A model generated the notes under the pieces. That model saw nothing but the letters and a program-made list of their open reading frames with translations. It did not search any database and had not been told where the DNA came from. The position numbers were made by a program, and so were the translations under genes. 59,784 nucleotides of DNA from a virus (taxonomy: Duplodnaviria; Caudoviricetes): IMG/VR virus record IMGVR_UViG_3300027741_000069, positions 1 to 59,784 of that record. One strand, given 5' to 3'. This document shows, in pieces, positions 1 to 9,676 of this stretch (within the stretch, counting starts at the first letter, position 1; the number at the start of each line of letters is the position of its first letter).

Positions 1-3000
1 GAACTAATGCCCGTTGAGAATGGTGCGCCATTAGTATAGAATAAATTATCTGAATATATCGCACCAGCAAAAACGTTTCCACTAACACCAACCCCACCAG
101 CCACAGTCACAGCGCCAGTGGTTCTACTAGTAGATGCTTGTGTATTCGCAACAGCTAATATATTACCAGAAGGAACATTCCAAGAACTAATACCCGTTGA
201 GAATGGTGCGCCATTAGTATAGAAAAGATTATTTGTATAAACATTTCCAGTATGCGTTCCTGTGGAGTTCCCTACCAAATTCCCTAAGAAATATTTTGCA
301 GCAACATTTGATGTTGTGGTCCATGCACCATTAGTATATTCAAACGCCGCATCTCCTAAATAAGGACCTTTATCTCCGTAAATCATTGGAAGATCAGCAG
401 TCGTTTTATTGGCTGTAACTGTTCCAGAAGTACTAGGAATTGCACCGTCAACAAATGTTGCTGCGTGACATGCTAATATAGTTACGCTTCCTGGAGATAC
501 CGAAGATGGAAGTGCAGTTGTTGGTGGAGTAAATGCTGCTGTATAGACTGCTTGTCCCTCAACAATTCTAACATTGGAGATATATCCAATGAAATTGGAA
601 CTAGGTGCTGCATTGACCCAAGATGTACCTATCTTAGTACCTGCTTGTGTAAAGAAGCTAAGTTGTTGATCCAAACTAGCTGAATAGGAAAATTCACCTC
701 CGAGCTGACCATTGACAAATATCCGTATATTATTGTCTGACCCTCGAGCAACTGCTACATGACTCCAGGTATTAGCCGTAACAATTATTGTACTAGTTAT
801 TATGTTAATACTGTCATTAGATATCGCTCTAGAAGCATTAAAAGTCAAAAATCCATCAACAATAAATAAATTCCATCCTCGATTTCCACCAGAGGTGGTA
901 TTTGACTGCCAAGTCGAAACTATAGTTTGTTTGCCTGATATTGATGTTGGATTTATCCAAGCTTCTATTGTGAACTGCTCAGATGCTATAATAAAAACAT
1001 TAGTACTACAATTTAAATAATTTGTCCCGTCAAATTGAACGCTATATGCAGATATTGTCGTGGCTATTCTAGTAGCAGAAGATGCTGATGCCAAAATCGA
1101 GGATATCCAAGACTTACCATTAGCAAGGAATAGATTATCTGAATACACTCTACTAACAAATAAATTCCCATTAATACCAACGCCGCCCGCGACTGTCATT
1201 GCCCCATTAGTAGTTGATGTCGACGTTGTGCTGCTGGATATATTAAGATTGCCACCAATATTAACAGATCTAGCAATCCCAACACCACCAGTAACTATCA
1301 AAGCGCCTGTTGACGAACTGACAGAGTTTGTTGAACTTTGAACTATCAACTGGCCACCCAAATACATAGATCCGCCAATTCCGGCCCCACCAGTAACTTG
1401 CAACGCTCCAGTCGTTGTGCTAGTTGCTGCTGCAATATTTGTGGTGATTATTGATTGATTTGTTGGAAAACTTGTCCCTCCCGAACCAATACCGCCGCCA
1501 GAATAAGGAGATCCATTGGGATAGAAAAATCCACCTGAAAGTATTAGATCACCGCCAAGATATAAACTTCCACCAATTCCAGCACCGCCAACTACTTGGA
1601 ATGCCCCAGTAGTTGTTGAGAGCGAATTAGTTGACGATGAGACCACTGTTGGTCCAGAACATGTGAGATATAGGCTATCGTTCTCATCATTACTTACAGA
1701 TATTTCAAATCTAGAAATATCGTCATTGCTGCCAGAAACAGAATAGTATTTAATGGTTGCATTATCACCTGCACCACCGGCAGGATTTGCTGCAAATGCT
1801 ATACCATTTTTTGCGCCATTTCCAGAAGTTGCCCCAAGTAATCCGCCAACATATAAGCTACCAACTATCCCGGCACCGCCAAGAACCCTTAAAGCACCGG
1901 TACCTGCGGATATAGATTCTGTTGCGGAATTAATAACTGTAGCACCAGGAGAAGTTAAATAAATTTCATCAGGTGCATCATTACCAACCGACAATTCAAG
2001 CCGTGTGTTTTCACCGCTAACAGAATAATATTTAATAGTCGCAAAATCGCCTGCACCGCCTCCAGGATTTGGTGCGAATATAATTCCACTAGAGGAATTT
2101 GTTCCAGATGAAACATTAACGCTTCCATTAACAAACAGGTTTCCAGAAATACCTGCTCCACCAGAAACTTGCAATGCGCCAGTAATTGGGCTGGTCGACG
2201 TCGTCGTATTGGTTGTGATTATTCTTTGTGCGGTTGGGAATGTAACACCACCACCAGTGAACGGCTCACCATTGGCATAAAAATAACCATCTGCCAAGAC
2301 AGATAGTGCAGCTACTCTTGAATTTGTTTTCCAAATATCTCCTGATGCATTTAATTGATTTGAGCCAATTTGATTTGAAAAGGTACTAACAGATACTCCA
2401 CCAATTACAGTTATAGTATATGCATTTTTACTCTTATCATTAATATTGTTACCAACACAAGTTAAAAGTTCTGTTCCAGAAATTGCAAAAATTTCGGAGT
2501 TGTTTGGCGTAAAGTCTTGACCATATGGAACATAATTTTTATTCAAACGTAAATTTCGAATATACCCAGTCAAACTTGATCCAATAGTTACGGTAGATGC
2601 TTGAGTTGTGGTCCAAGAGGTCGGCCCGCCTGTGTCGGTTATAACACCATTCACAAACATTTTACAGATAGTTCCAGTAAAGCAAGCTGCAATGTGATTC
2701 CAAGAATTCAATGTTATTGGGGTTGTGGATGTTAGTTTTTGCCAAATACCATTATTCCAATTTCCATAGCCAAACATTGGATATAGACCAGTCAATGACA
2801 ATTCCATGGTATATACATTTCCAATAGAACATTGTATTATGGCTCCGCCAGAACCAGTCAAATATACCCATGCTTCAACAAAAATTTGAGTTGTTGAGGA
2901 AACAAATGATGCTAGTGTCTGACTATCAATTCTTAAACTACCCGAATTGAATTGAACGCTGTATGTTGGAACTACTGCCAAGATCCCAATACTTGATACT

Positions 3001-6000
3001 GTTAATCCAACGTTAGCATTTAATTGTCCAATTGAAATATTACCACCAACATTTAAAGCTTTTGTAATTCCAACACCACCAGCAACAGTCACCGCACCAG
3101 TACTAATAGATGTGGAATCTGCCGTGCTATAAATGCCTATTTTTTCTGAGATAACAGCACTACCACTTATATATGTGTTGCCTTGTATTCCAACCCCACC
3201 TGAAACTATTAATGCACCGGTATTTGGTGAGGTCGAATCATAAGTTGACGTGATGGTCTGACGCCCACCAACCAAAACATCTTTTGAAAATGCAGCATTT
3301 TTACGTACAAGAAACTGGCCTTCTACTAGTAAATTACCGGTCATTTCTGAATTTCCCGATAAGATCAAATTCCCACTAGAAGTGATATCACCAGTAGTAA
3401 CTGTCAATGATGTTAAGTTTCCGTCAGAATAAATATCCCCAGTAACAGTCAGATTGCCACCAATATTGACTGATTTCCCAATACCAGCACCACCAGCAAC
3501 TACTAGAGCACCGGTTGTAGTGGAAAAGGAATCCTCATCACTAGAAATTGTTATTTGACCTGTTGATTCAAAACTTCCGGAGCTACCAGTGTATCCAACT
3601 GGACCAGCAAACAACTCTCCACCAATACCCACACCCTGTATTATCCATTCTCTATCTGCAACTTTAAATGCCGTTGCAAAACCCCCACCAACCAATGTTA
3701 CCGATTGGCGACTTGACCCACCAAAATAAACAGAATCAACAAAAGCTATTTCGACGTTTCCGGCGCCTGATTGATTTATGAAAGTCAGAGTTGCACCAAT
3801 TGGAAATCCTACTTGGTCTGTAGAGGGTATTGACCAATTTCTAATAGCATTGTCATTTCTAGGATGAAGAATTTGCCTACCATTATCATCCAATGTTACA
3901 ACATAATTTGTTGATTTTACTTTTTGTGGTAATACCTTTGTACCGATTTCGTAACCATTTATAGTACCATATCCAGTAAATGCTGGATTCACTGTAGAAA
4001 CATTACCAGAACCCCCGCCGCCTACACCTGCACTACCAGTATAGCCGCGCAAACCAAGTTCGCCTGCACTACCAGTATAGCCCACAGCAGCATATTCTCC
4101 AGGAACGCCCTTTTCACCTTGACTACCAGTATAACCTATACTACCAGTATAACCTATACTACCACTATAACCAATACTACCAGTATAACCATCTGGTGGT
4201 CCTTGTGGGCCAATTTCTCCTTGAGAACCAGTATAACCCAAAGCAGCATATTCTCCTGGATCTCCCTTTTCACCTTGACTACCAGTATACCCAATTTCAC
4301 CCTGACTACCAGTATAACCTGTGCTGCCCGTATAGCCAAAACTCCCTACATATCCCTCACTGCCTGTATAGCCAAAACTCCCTACATATCCCTCACTGCC
4401 TGTATAACCCAAAGCAGCATATTCTCCTGGATCGCCCCTCTCGCCTTGACTGCCAGTATAGCCAAAACTTCCTACATATCCCTCACTGCCTATATAACCA
4501 ACTTCACCCCGACTACCAGTGTAACCAATACTACCAGTGTAACCAATACTACCAGTATAACCCGAAGGCCCTATTGCTCCTGGCGCACCAGTAATACCTT
4601 GACTACCTGTAAAACCAGCCCCTTGGCTTCCTGTGAACCCTTTACTACCAACATAGCCAGTAAATCCTCTAAGCCCACTAGGACCCTCGCTTCCAGTATA
4701 ACCAGCGCCTTCGCTTCCAGAATATCCTATTGGTCCTTCAACACCAGTTGCACCGGCACTTCCAGTAAAGCCAATTTCACCAATTGGCCCTTCTACACCT
4801 TGAGGACCACGAAGATTTACTTCATAAACCCATAATTCACCAGTCCACAATAAAAGATCACCGGTTTGATTGTTGAATACTAAATCGCCAACAAAAATTG
4901 GTTTTCCTGGATCTCCTTGCCATAAAATTTGATCATCAATAAGTTGTGGTAATTCTTCATCCCCGCCAACTGCCCCTAGAAGTCGTAAACTTATACCTCG
5001 GCTTCCGGTATATCCAACTTCACCTTGACTACCAGTAAAACCAATACTACCAGCATAACCCACGCTACCAACAAATCCTTTACCAGCATATTCTCCTGAG
5101 TCACCTTTGCTACCAGTAAAACCAATACTTCCTGTAAACCCAATACTTCCAGTATATCCTCTGCTGCCAACAAATCCTTTACTGCCAACAAATCCTTTAC
5201 CAGCATATTCCCCCGATTCACCTTTACTACCAGTATAACCAATACTACCAGTATAACCAACTTCACCTTTACTGCCAGTATAACCAACTTCACCTTTACT
5301 ACCAGTATAACCAACTTCACCTTTACTACCAGTATAACCAGCACTACCAGTATAACCATCTGGTGGACCTGCTGGTCCTTCTGGACCAGCACTACCCGTA
5401 AACCCAACGCTACCCGTATAACCATCTGGTGGACCTGCTGGACCAGCACTGCCTGTATATCCAACGCTACCCGTATAACCATCTCCAACAGAACTATTTG
5501 TTAAATATGGATCTCCATTAGAATAAAATAACCCATCAGTATACACTGCTGTAGAGCGTAATGAATCAGTGTATATTTGGCCATCAACGGCATGTAACGA
5601 ACCGCCGATATATAAATCTTGACCAATACCTGCGCCGCCAGAAACAACTAGTGCTCCAGATTCTTTATCTGAGGATACTGTGGTTGCTTTTACAAATATA
5701 CCATTGTTACTAGTCCAATTACCAGTATCGTCATAGATCCAGGTAATCGATGCTGGCGGAGATGGCTTTGGAGACGTCAAATTAGTTGTGAAAAAATAGC
5801 CGTATTTTGTTACATCATTATTAATTCCTGAATTATCGATAATTTCTGGATTTTGACACGTTAACAATGCAGTTCCATCTATTGGCGACAGAGGATCTAA
5901 AGTTGGAATGAATTCCGATTTATATACCGCATATCCTTTGACAATTCTTAGATTGTTTAAATATCCTTTTAAAAATGATGTGGGGTTTTCTTCCTCAAAC

Positions 6001-6998
6001 AGATTGGCACCAATGGCCCAAAATCCATTAGCATACGTATAAGCTTCTTCATTATTATCGATAGTTTTTGCACTCGAAACCCCGTCTATCCAAATAGTAA
6101 CTACTTTATCTGTTCCATTATTTTCTCTAGTTATAGCGCAATGATGCCATAAATTGTCATCAATTCTTTTAGCAGAACACGTGTCATCGTACCCATAACA
6201 CAAAGTTCCTTGAGTTCCCTGAGGATCATCTCTACCACCTAAAGTAATGTAAATGGCACTGGTAGCAGCTCTTCCATCAATGATGAACGCCGGAAATTGA
6301 CGAGGTAGCTTACACCAAAATTCAATAGTGAAGTCTCCTGCACCAAAAGCAAAAAACTCATTATTTGTAACTTTTAAATAATTTTCTACTCCATCAAAAA
6401 ACGAACTATAATTGTTTGAAGCGCCAGTCACATCCTCAACATTGTTGGGATTTACGGTTATACCAATATTTGATAATGTAAGACCACCTAAATAAACATT
6501 GCCTTCTGAATTGAGTGTGCCAGCAAATAAATCACCGCCAATGCCAACACCACCAGCAACTTGAAAAGCACCAGTTGAGGTGGATATAGATGGCAATATA
6601 TTTGATAATATAATCTGATTTTTTAAATTTAGATCTAACGAAGACCCGGCGCTACCAGTATATCCAATTACAGTACTTGCACTACCGGTATATCCCATAT
6701 AAGCAACTTCACCAGGATCACCTTTACTACCAGTATATCCTACAGGGCCCTCTATCCCTGATGCTCCTTCTAATCCTCTACTACCAGTGTAGCCAAAACT
6801 TCCAACAAACCCTCTACTACCAGTATATCCCCTACTTCCTGTAAGTCCATTGATACCGCTTGGGCCTCTTTGACCACTTGGTCCAACTATGCCCATGGCA
6901 ACACCATCAACATAACCCTTTGTTGCCGCGTCAGCTGAATCAGTTGGGGGCAATATATTTTGGAGTTGCGTTGGTAATGGAAATTTAAGTTCTGCCAT
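1..6998 (-). CDS. Giant modular tail fibre (>2330 aa, C-terminus beyond the left edge) with collagen-like GYTGS repeats and three LamG/concanavalin-like domains
   Basis: Missing from the ORF track, presumably because it has no stop in the window. ATG at 6998 reads MAELKFPLPTQLQNILPPTDSADAATKGYVDG...; the same frame reads LFYTNGAPFSTGIS at positions 3-44. Contains Gly-X-Y tracts (~4030-5480, 6650-6890), LamG-like segments (FTIEFW...WHHCA..R...GYLNNLRIVKG) at ~5800-6420, 2450-2960 and 450-1050, and many STTTGALxVxGGxGI repeats. Confidence 0.85.
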   Translation of the reverse strand, partial: MAELKFPLPTQLQNILPPTDSADAATKGYVDGVAMGIVGPSGQRGPSGINGLTGSRGYTGSRGFVGSFGYTGSRGLEGASGIEGPVGYTGSKGDPGEVAYMGYTGSASTVIGYTGSAGSSLDLNLKNQIILSNILPSISTSTGAFQVAGGVGIGGDLFAGTLNSEGNVYLGGLTLSNIGITVNPNNVEDVTGASNNYSSFFDGVENYLKVTNNEFFAFGAGDFTIEFWCKLPRQFPAFIIDGRAATSAIYITLGGRDDPQGTQGTLCYGYDDTCSAKRIDDNLWHHCAITRENNGTDKVVTIWIDGVSSAKTIDNNEEAYTYANGFWAIGANLFEEENPTSFLKGYLNNLRIVKGYAVYKSEFIPTLDPLSPIDGTALLTCQNPEIIDNSGINNDVTKYGYFFTTNLTSPKPSPPASITWIYDDTGNWTSNNGIFVKATTVSSDKESGALVVSGGAGIGQDLYIGGSLHAVDGQIYTDSLRSTAVYTDGLFYSNGDPYLTNSSVGDGYTGSVGYTGSAGPAGPPDGYTGSVGFTGSAGPEGPAGPPDGYTGSAGYTGSKGEVGYTGSKGEVGYTGSKGEVGYTGSIGYTGSKGESGEYAGKGFVGSKGFVGSRGYTGSIGFTGSIGFTGSKGDSGEYAGKGFVGSVGYAGSIGFTGSQGEVGYTGSRGISLRLLGAVGGDEELPQLIDDQILWQGDPGKPIFVGDLVFNNQTGDLLLWTGELWVYEVNLRGPQGVEGPIGEIGFTGSAGATGVEGPIGYSGSEGAGYTGSEGPSGLRGFTGYVGSKGFTGSQGAGFTGSQGITGAPGAIGPSGYTGSIGYTGSIGYTGSRGEVGYIGSEGYVGSFGYTGSQGERGDPGEYAALGYTGSEGYVGSFGYTGSEGYVGSFGYTGSTGYTGSQGEIGYTGSQGEKGDPGEYAALGYTGSQGEIGPQGPPDGYTGSIGYSGSIGYTGSIGYTGSQGEKGVPGEYAAVGYTGSAGELGLRGYTGSAGVGGGGSGNVSTVNPAFTGYGTINGYEIGTKVLPQKVKSTNYVVTLDDNGRQILHPRNDNAIRNWSIPSTDQVGFPIGATLTFINQSGAGNVEIAFVDSVYFGGSSRQSVTLVGGGFATAFKVADREWIIQGVGIGGELFAGPVGYTGSSGSFESTGQITISSDEDSFSTTTGALVVAGGAGIGKSVNIGGNLTVTGDIYSDGNLTSLTVTTGDITSSGNLILSGNSEMTGNLLVEGQFLVRKNAAFSKDVLVGGRQTITSTYDSTSPNTGALIVSGGVGIQGNTYISGSAVISEKIGIYSTADSTSISTGAVTVAGGVGITKALNVGGNISIGQLNANVGLTVSSIGILAVVPTYSVQFNSGSLRIDSQTLASFVSSTTQIFVEAWVYLTGSGGAIIQCSIGNVYTMELSLTGLYPMFGYGNWNNGIWQKLTSTTPITLNSWNHIAACFTGTICKMFVNGVITDTGGPTSWTTTQASTVTIGSSLTGYIRNLRLNKNYVPYGQDFTPNNSEIFAISGTELLTCVGNNINDKSKNAYTITVIGGVSVSTFSNQIGSNQLNASGDIWKTNSRVAALSVLADGYFYANGEPFTGGGVTFPTAQRIITTNTTTSTSPITGALQVSGGAGISGNLFVNGSVNVSSGTNSSSGIIFAPNPGGGAGDFATIKYYSVSGENTRLELSVGNDAPDEIYLTSPGATVINSATESISAGTGALRVLGGAGIVGSLYVGGLLGATSGNGAKNGIAFAANPAGGAGDNATIKYYSVSGSNDDISRFEISVSNDENDSLYLTCSGPTVVSSSTNSLSTTTGAFQVVGGAGIGGSLYLGGDLILSGGFFYPNGSPYSGGGIGSGGTSFPTNQSIITTNIAAATSTTTGALQVTGGAGIGGSMYLGGQLIVQSSTNSVSSSTGALIVTGGVGIARSVNIGGNLNISSSTTSTSTTNGAMTVAGGVGINGNLFVSRVYSDNLFLANGKSWISSILASASSATRIATTISAYSVQFDGTNYLNCSTNVFIIASEQFTIEAWINPTSISGKQTIVSTWQSNTTSGGNRGWNLFIVDGFLTFNASRAISNDSINIITSTIIVTANTWSHVAVARGSDNNIRIFVNGQLGGEFSYSASLDQQLSFFTQAGTKIGTSWVNAAPSSNFIGYISNVRIVEGQAVYTAAFTPPTTALPSSVSPGSVTILACHAATFVDGAIPSTSGTVTANKTTADLPMIYGDKGPYLGDAAFEYTNGAWTTTSNVAAKYFLGNLVGNSTGTHTGNVYTNNLFYTNGAPFSTGISSWNVPSGNILAVANTQASTSRTTGAVTVAGGVGVSGNVFAGAIYSDNLFYTNGAPFSTGIS

Positions 6999-7013
6999 GA
7001 TCTACTTATTAAT

Positions 7014-9650
7014 TTAAGATGTTGTATAAATTTTGGTCACTAACGACGCCCTGGTGAACCCATAAACATTATACGATTGTCCAGCAATGGATTGATTTAA
7101 GTAACTCATATCCGGAGTCACAGTCGCCTCTGTTTGAAAAATAGTATAAGCAAATTTATGCGTTGTGGTCCCGGGAATCGCTATCCACAAGTATTTAGTT
7201 GTATTTGCTGTAGTGTTGGCTCCTTGACCTAATGCATATTGACTTCTTATAAATTGATCTGTTGTAGTAAAGTTTGGATTGTTGCTATTGTCTGTAGTTT
7301 TATAAAACAAAGGATAATATCTAGTTACTGGCGACAGCGAAGTTGACACAGTGTCACTGATCGATGATACTCCGGCTCCGTTACGTCCCTCACCAGTATA
7401 ATCTGTGGTTTGAACTACATAAGACTGTGTACTGTCTAACCCGGGACTAGATCCTGAAATTTCTCCATTGTCCGTCAGAATGCCCGCAAAACCGCCACCA
7501 CCACTGTATGTAACAGTGCCAGCCAACGCAGTCCCGATCGTTTGGACAGACCAATTAAATATTTGATTTGTGTCCCAAAATGGCACACTTCTGAATGCCC
7601 AATTAGCTGAGATTGAAGCAACTGCAAATGGTGTTGGCTGTATATTATTTAAATATACATTTCCTATATATATTGATCCACGATCAGTTGTTAAATTAGC
7701 CGTTACAGACACATTACTATCTGTTTCATCAGTAAATCCAAGTAAACTGCTTGATATAATATATTCGCCATTTGCAACAATATTCAACCCTGTTAAATCA
7801 TCTCCAGAAACTATTGTGGATCCTATTGTAATATCGTCGGTTGAATTAATATTGAATGTGGCATTGGTCAAATTAATTGAAAAACCCACATCTTTTGAAT
7901 TAATTGTATTCGATGTAAAGTCTAGATAAGCATCTTTGATATTGGAGTCTAAAGTTGCCCAAATAGCAGCAACATTAACTGTTATTGGTAGTTGTTGAAA
8001 TACCGTAAACAATCCGCCAGGATATTCTGTATTTGTATAATCGACGCCTATGCTAATTGTTGAACCTGGAACTATTGTTTCGATGTTTGATGTCACTGTC
8101 ACATTGCCAGCACCACCTTTCCCCTTAGTTGCTAACCCACGCTCAATCATTAGACCCAAGGCATATCGACCAGTTTGACCACTCAAAATCCCAGTATTAA
8201 AAAAGAATTGCCCCGAAATGTCCTTAATCGTTATTGGACCCCCATCATCCCTGGTTAGCATCAAACAGTAATCTGTAGTATTGGCCGGGGTGTTTAATGG
8301 CAAACTTGATATACTGTTTGGTCCAGCAAAATCTTTCCCAAGCAAATCTTGACCGATATTGACGATGTTAATTTCACCACCAATGGTGTTTGTTAAAACG
8401 AGTTCAGCAAGATCACTTAGTGATGCGACAATATTTGGAATCTTTGCAGCATTTATGTCTGATATTATGTCATTGATATCAGAAATAGTTGAGTCACCCC
8501 AGTTTATTGCTCCAGAATTTGTTGTAACAAAATCAACTTTTATTCCATTGATTGATGCGCTAAATGGTATATATCCGATTATAGCCCCATAAGCAGAGCC
8601 AACCGTTGCTATATCGGATTTAGTCAATACTGCTGGACCTACCTTACTAGCAATTACTTTATGACTGGGAGTTTCATAATTTATGAGGGCAATGGCTTGA
8701 TCCAGATCAAAAATGCCTGTAGACCCATCTCCGGCTAGGTTGATTTGAACTTTATTAATTTCCACAGTGTCACCATCATTGCCTGTTGGATTTACTATGG
8801 GGCCGATAGTCTCACTGGGTATACTATTGGCTATCTTTAAGAAAATGGGTAGATCACTTTCTGAATTGGTAGTTAAGTTTCCTGTGGAATCGATACTTGG
8901 ATATATAAAATCACCCACATCTCCTGATAAATTGGGCACAAAATCAATTACGCCATTAAATGGTCTCAAAATAAACTGATCTGGGCCTGGTCCGGAGTGT
9001 AATACGGTTCCAATAAATTTTGCTACATTATTGGGATCACTTAAAACAAACTCGCCATTTTCAATACATATTGCATCCCCAGGCTTAAATCCATTATTAG
9101 TTTTTTCCAACAAATAATTAGTAAGTGGGTTTAGGTACTGAAACCTACTGGTCACTGTTTGAGCAAAATCAGCAGATGCTGATCCTGGTACTGGATCTAA
9201 TATTGGAATCCCTAACTCATTTATTTGAAAAAATACCACTGGACCAGGACTAGCAAATAATCCATTTCCGTCTGGATCCTTAAATGTATTATATCTAAGT
9301 CGATCCTCAACTATCGCAGTTAGAGAAGATTCAGTTTTAGAAAGGATTTTAACAATCTGGCACGCTTTGGAATCGGCTGCTCCGGCAACAAAGTCCCCCA
9401 CATCTATATCGTTGGCATCATAACTATTGCTATTCCTAGTTAAATTGCTACCGTGATATCTAGGCTCCACAGTAAATTTGCACTGCCATCGGTAAGATTT
9501 TGGATTTGTACCGAGGCTCCAATATGGATCATCAACAGCATTTGGATACTCCCATTTTTCCAATGGTGTAACTTCGTCAACTGTTCCGGCCAATACTTTT
9601 GGTGGAATATTTAAATCAATTGAGCTGGTTTTCCAAGAAAGAATGGTCAT
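7014..9650 (-). CDS. Hypothetical virion structural protein (878 aa)
   Basis: Long ORF tightly packed in the fibre operon, with Ser/Thr/Gly/Asn-rich beta-type composition. No catalytic motif recognised. Confidence 0.7.
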   Translation of the reverse strand: MTILSWKTSSIDLNIPPKVLAGTVDEVTPLEKWEYPNAVDDPYWSLGTNPKSYRWQCKFTVEPRYHGSNLTRNSNSYDANDIDVGDFVAGAADSKACQIVKILSKTESSLTAIVEDRLRYNTFKDPDGNGLFASPGPVVFFQINELGIPILDPVPGSASADFAQTVTSRFQYLNPLTNYLLEKTNNGFKPGDAICIENGEFVLSDPNNVAKFIGTVLHSGPGPDQFILRPFNGVIDFVPNLSGDVGDFIYPSIDSTGNLTTNSESDLPIFLKIANSIPSETIGPIVNPTGNDGDTVEINKVQINLAGDGSTGIFDLDQAIALINYETPSHKVIASKVGPAVLTKSDIATVGSAYGAIIGYIPFSASINGIKVDFVTTNSGAINWGDSTISDINDIISDINAAKIPNIVASLSDLAELVLTNTIGGEINIVNIGQDLLGKDFAGPNSISSLPLNTPANTTDYCLMLTRDDGGPITIKDISGQFFFNTGILSGQTGRYALGLMIERGLATKGKGGAGNVTVTSNIETIVPGSTISIGVDYTNTEYPGGLFTVFQQLPITVNVAAIWATLDSNIKDAYLDFTSNTINSKDVGFSINLTNATFNINSTDDITIGSTIVSGDDLTGLNIVANGEYIISSSLLGFTDETDSNVSVTANLTTDRGSIYIGNVYLNNIQPTPFAVASISANWAFRSVPFWDTNQIFNWSVQTIGTALAGTVTYSGGGGFAGILTDNGEISGSSPGLDSTQSYVVQTTDYTGEGRNGAGVSSISDTVSTSLSPVTRYYPLFYKTTDNSNNPNFTTTDQFIRSQYALGQGANTTANTTKYLWIAIPGTTTHKFAYTIFQTEATVTPDMSYLNQSIAGQSYNVYGFTRASLVTKIYTTS

Positions 9651-9676
9651 TTTTTGATTTTAAAATGCTAAAAAGT

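Noticed and set aside
802-5488. Short ORFs in the track (802-1020, 1060-1341, 1753-1962, 1955-2161, 4119-4835, 4991-5488 and others)
   Set aside because: They are antisense or off-frame shadows of the giant fibre ORF; their repetitive sequences mirror its Gly-X-Y codons.
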